From: an uncultured Actinomycetes bacterium
GTDB taxonomy: Bacteria > Actinomycetota > Actinomycetes > S36-B12 > UBA5976
Direction of reading: 5' to 3'
NCBI GenBank assembly: GCA_903907835.1
Contig: CAIVPQ010000006.1
Location: 1-46,551, forward strand
Length of the DNA: 46,551 bases
Positions 45,262 to 46,551 of the stretch are shown one piece after another (within the stretch, counting starts at the first letter, position 1; every line of letters starts with the position of its first letter). The notes below the pieces were generated by a model that worked only from the letters and a program-made list of their open reading frames with translations, was not told where the DNA came from and made no database searches. The translations under genes were made by a program, and so were the position numbers.

Positions 45262-45840
45262 GTGCTTCTTTCTGATCGTGACATCCGGGCCGAGATCGAG
45301 TCAGGCCGAGTTGGGGTTTCCCCGTTTACCTCCGAGATGGTCCAACCATCAAGTATTGACGTGCGCTTGGATCGCTTCTTTCGAGTGTTTGAAAACCATC
45401 GCTATCCGCATATTGATCCAGCGGTTGAGCAGGTTGACCTAACCCGCGAAGTTGAAGCAATCGGGGATGAGCCCTTTGTGTTGCACCCAGGTGAATTTGT
45501 ATTGGGTAGCACATATGAAGTTATTTCTCTACCAAACGATGTTGCAGCCCGGTTAGAAGGTAAGTCGAGTCTCGGTCGTTTAGGTTTGCTCACACATTCC
45601 ACTGCTGGATTCATTGACCCGGGCTTTTCGGGACATGTGACTCTGGAACTTGCCAATGTGGCTACCTTGCCAATTTTGCTCTGGCCCGGAATGAAGATTG
45701 GCCAGGTTTGCTTCTTCCGGATGACTTCTGAGGCCGACCATCCGTATGGATCAAGCATTTATGGTTCTCGGTATCAGGGTCAGCGTGGTCCTACTCCGAG
45801 CCGTTCCCATGCAAACTTTCATAGAACTGACGTCAAGTAG
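45262..45840 (+). CDS. dcd: dCTP deaminase
   Basis: GTG start. [48 protein letters not shown]. Confidence 0.9.
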   Translation: MLLSDRDIRAEIESGRVGVSPFTSEMVQPSSIDVRLDRFFRVFENHRYPHIDPAVEQVDLTREVEAIGDEPFVLHPGEFVLGSTYEVISLPNDVAARLEGKSSLGRLGLLTHSTAGFIDPGFSGHVTLELANVATLPILLWPGMKIGQVCFFRMTSEADHPYGSSIYGSRYQGQRGPTPSRSHANFHRTDVK

Positions 45841-45992
45841 TAATTTCTTGTTAAGTTCTTGAACTTTCCACAGATCTTGTTTTACACAAAAGTTCATTAA
45901 ACCTTTAGGTATTTTCTCTTTCAAAACAGTCTTGTTTCTCATTGCGACCAAACTTTAAGTTTCATCGCTTAGATTTAGGGCAGGTATTAAAT

Positions 45993-46551
45993 ATGTTGAT
46001 TGAAATGGTGAAATCTGTGCGCAAGTACAAAACCTTTGGGGCAGCCTCGGTTGTATCTGCCTTGGTTGCCATGTGTCTGACTGTCGCAGTTAACAACACC
46101 GCCAACGCATCAGGTTTTTCGTCGGCAATCCTTACCAGCGAAGATGCGGTTAATCGCAAATCAGTTTCGTTAGCGACGCCAGTTAGAAACACAGAAATAA
46201 GCACCGAACCAGTTGCTGTGGCCAAGTCATTTGTCAGTAGGTATGCGACTGAGCTAAGCCTTGATCCAAATCAACTAATCCTCGATCGGGTAATACCCGG
46301 CGTCTCGCAATCTCAGACGATTCGTTTCACTCAAACTTTGTCAGACCTGCCAGTTCCTGGTTCGCTGATCGCAATCACGTTGAATAAGGACCTCGCGCTC
46401 ATTGCGTACGATACGGTGACGGTGACGGTGAATTCGACGGGCACTGAAAAATTTCGCCATAAGTTGTCTGTCGGCAAAGCCAAACTTCTTTTAGAGAATG
46501 CGTTAATAAAAAAACAGAAGATAGCACCTAATGACGTTGAGGCTGCTCGAC
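45993..46551 (+). CDS. Secreted protease precursor, N-terminal part (FTP/PepSY-type propeptide of an M4 thermolysin-like metalloprotease). Partial: it runs off the window end.
   Basis: Absent from the ORF track because there is no stop in the window. My translation gives a signal peptide (..AASVVSALVAMCLTVAVNNTANA), then AVAKSFVSRYATELSLDPNQLIL and SQTIRFTQTLSDLPVPGSLIAITLNKD, which resemble the FTP propeptide motif. The catalytic domain is not in view. Confidence 0.5.
   Translation, partial: MLIEMVKSVRKYKTFGAASVVSALVAMCLTVAVNNTANASGFSSAILTSEDAVNRKSVSLATPVRNTEISTEPVAVAKSFVSRYATELSLDPNQLILDRVIPGVSQSQTIRFTQTLSDLPVPGSLIAITLNKDLALIAYDTVTVTVNSTGTEKFRHKLSVGKAKLLLENALIKKQKIAPNDVEAAR

Noticed and set aside
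45047-45262. tRNA-Gly (and tRNA-Ser at 27550-27636) as borders of an integrated mobile element
   Set aside because: No integrase, excisionase, phage or conjugation genes flank either tRNA. Only the short repeats near tRNA-Ser hint at past integration, and those are reported separately.

Overview
The window looks like chromosomal DNA from a low-GC actinobacterium. This is inferred from gene content: an ftsH-folE-folP-folB-folK-DUF3180 block, tadA next to tRNA-Ser, dcd next to tRNA-Gly, CopC/CopD-CtaG, and DUF4012. Positions 1-19.7 kb form a cell-envelope and polysaccharide accessory region. It holds a partial secreted GH64-like glucanase and two tandem L,D-transpeptidases. It also holds a Wzy-type glycan locus: a PglC-like initiating transferase, a PglF-like dehydratase, a PglE-like aminotransferase, an epimerase, GT2/GT4/GT32-like transferases, a Wzy/O-antigen-ligase-like protein, an ATP-grasp plus HAD pair, DUF4012, an LMW-PTP and a BY-kinase. 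Positions 19.7-46.5 kb are mostly housekeeping genes: a permease, rmuC, a DEAD-box helicase, ABC transporters, tadA, ftsH, the fol genes, a two-component system, copper genes, dcd and two tRNAs. I found no CRISPR array, cas genes, integrase, transposase or recognisable defence system. Four things seem most worth a second look. (1) An ApbE-centred operon at 38.2-41.7 kb encodes a transmembrane ferric-reductase/FNR/2Fe-2S fusion. It is preceded by two overlapping genes for oppositely charged, disordered exported proteins where a normal FMN-binding protein would be expected. (2) Two perfect 53-nt repeats downstream of tRNA-Ser mimic that tRNA's 3' end and add an encoded CCA. (3) The bacillosamine-like sugar pathway has no acetyltransferase but does have an ATP-grasp/HAD pair. 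(4) Three genes carry striking in-frame repeats: the helicase N-terminus, the kinase (GY)10 tract and an acidic tail. All product calls come from motif recognition by eye; no database search was run.
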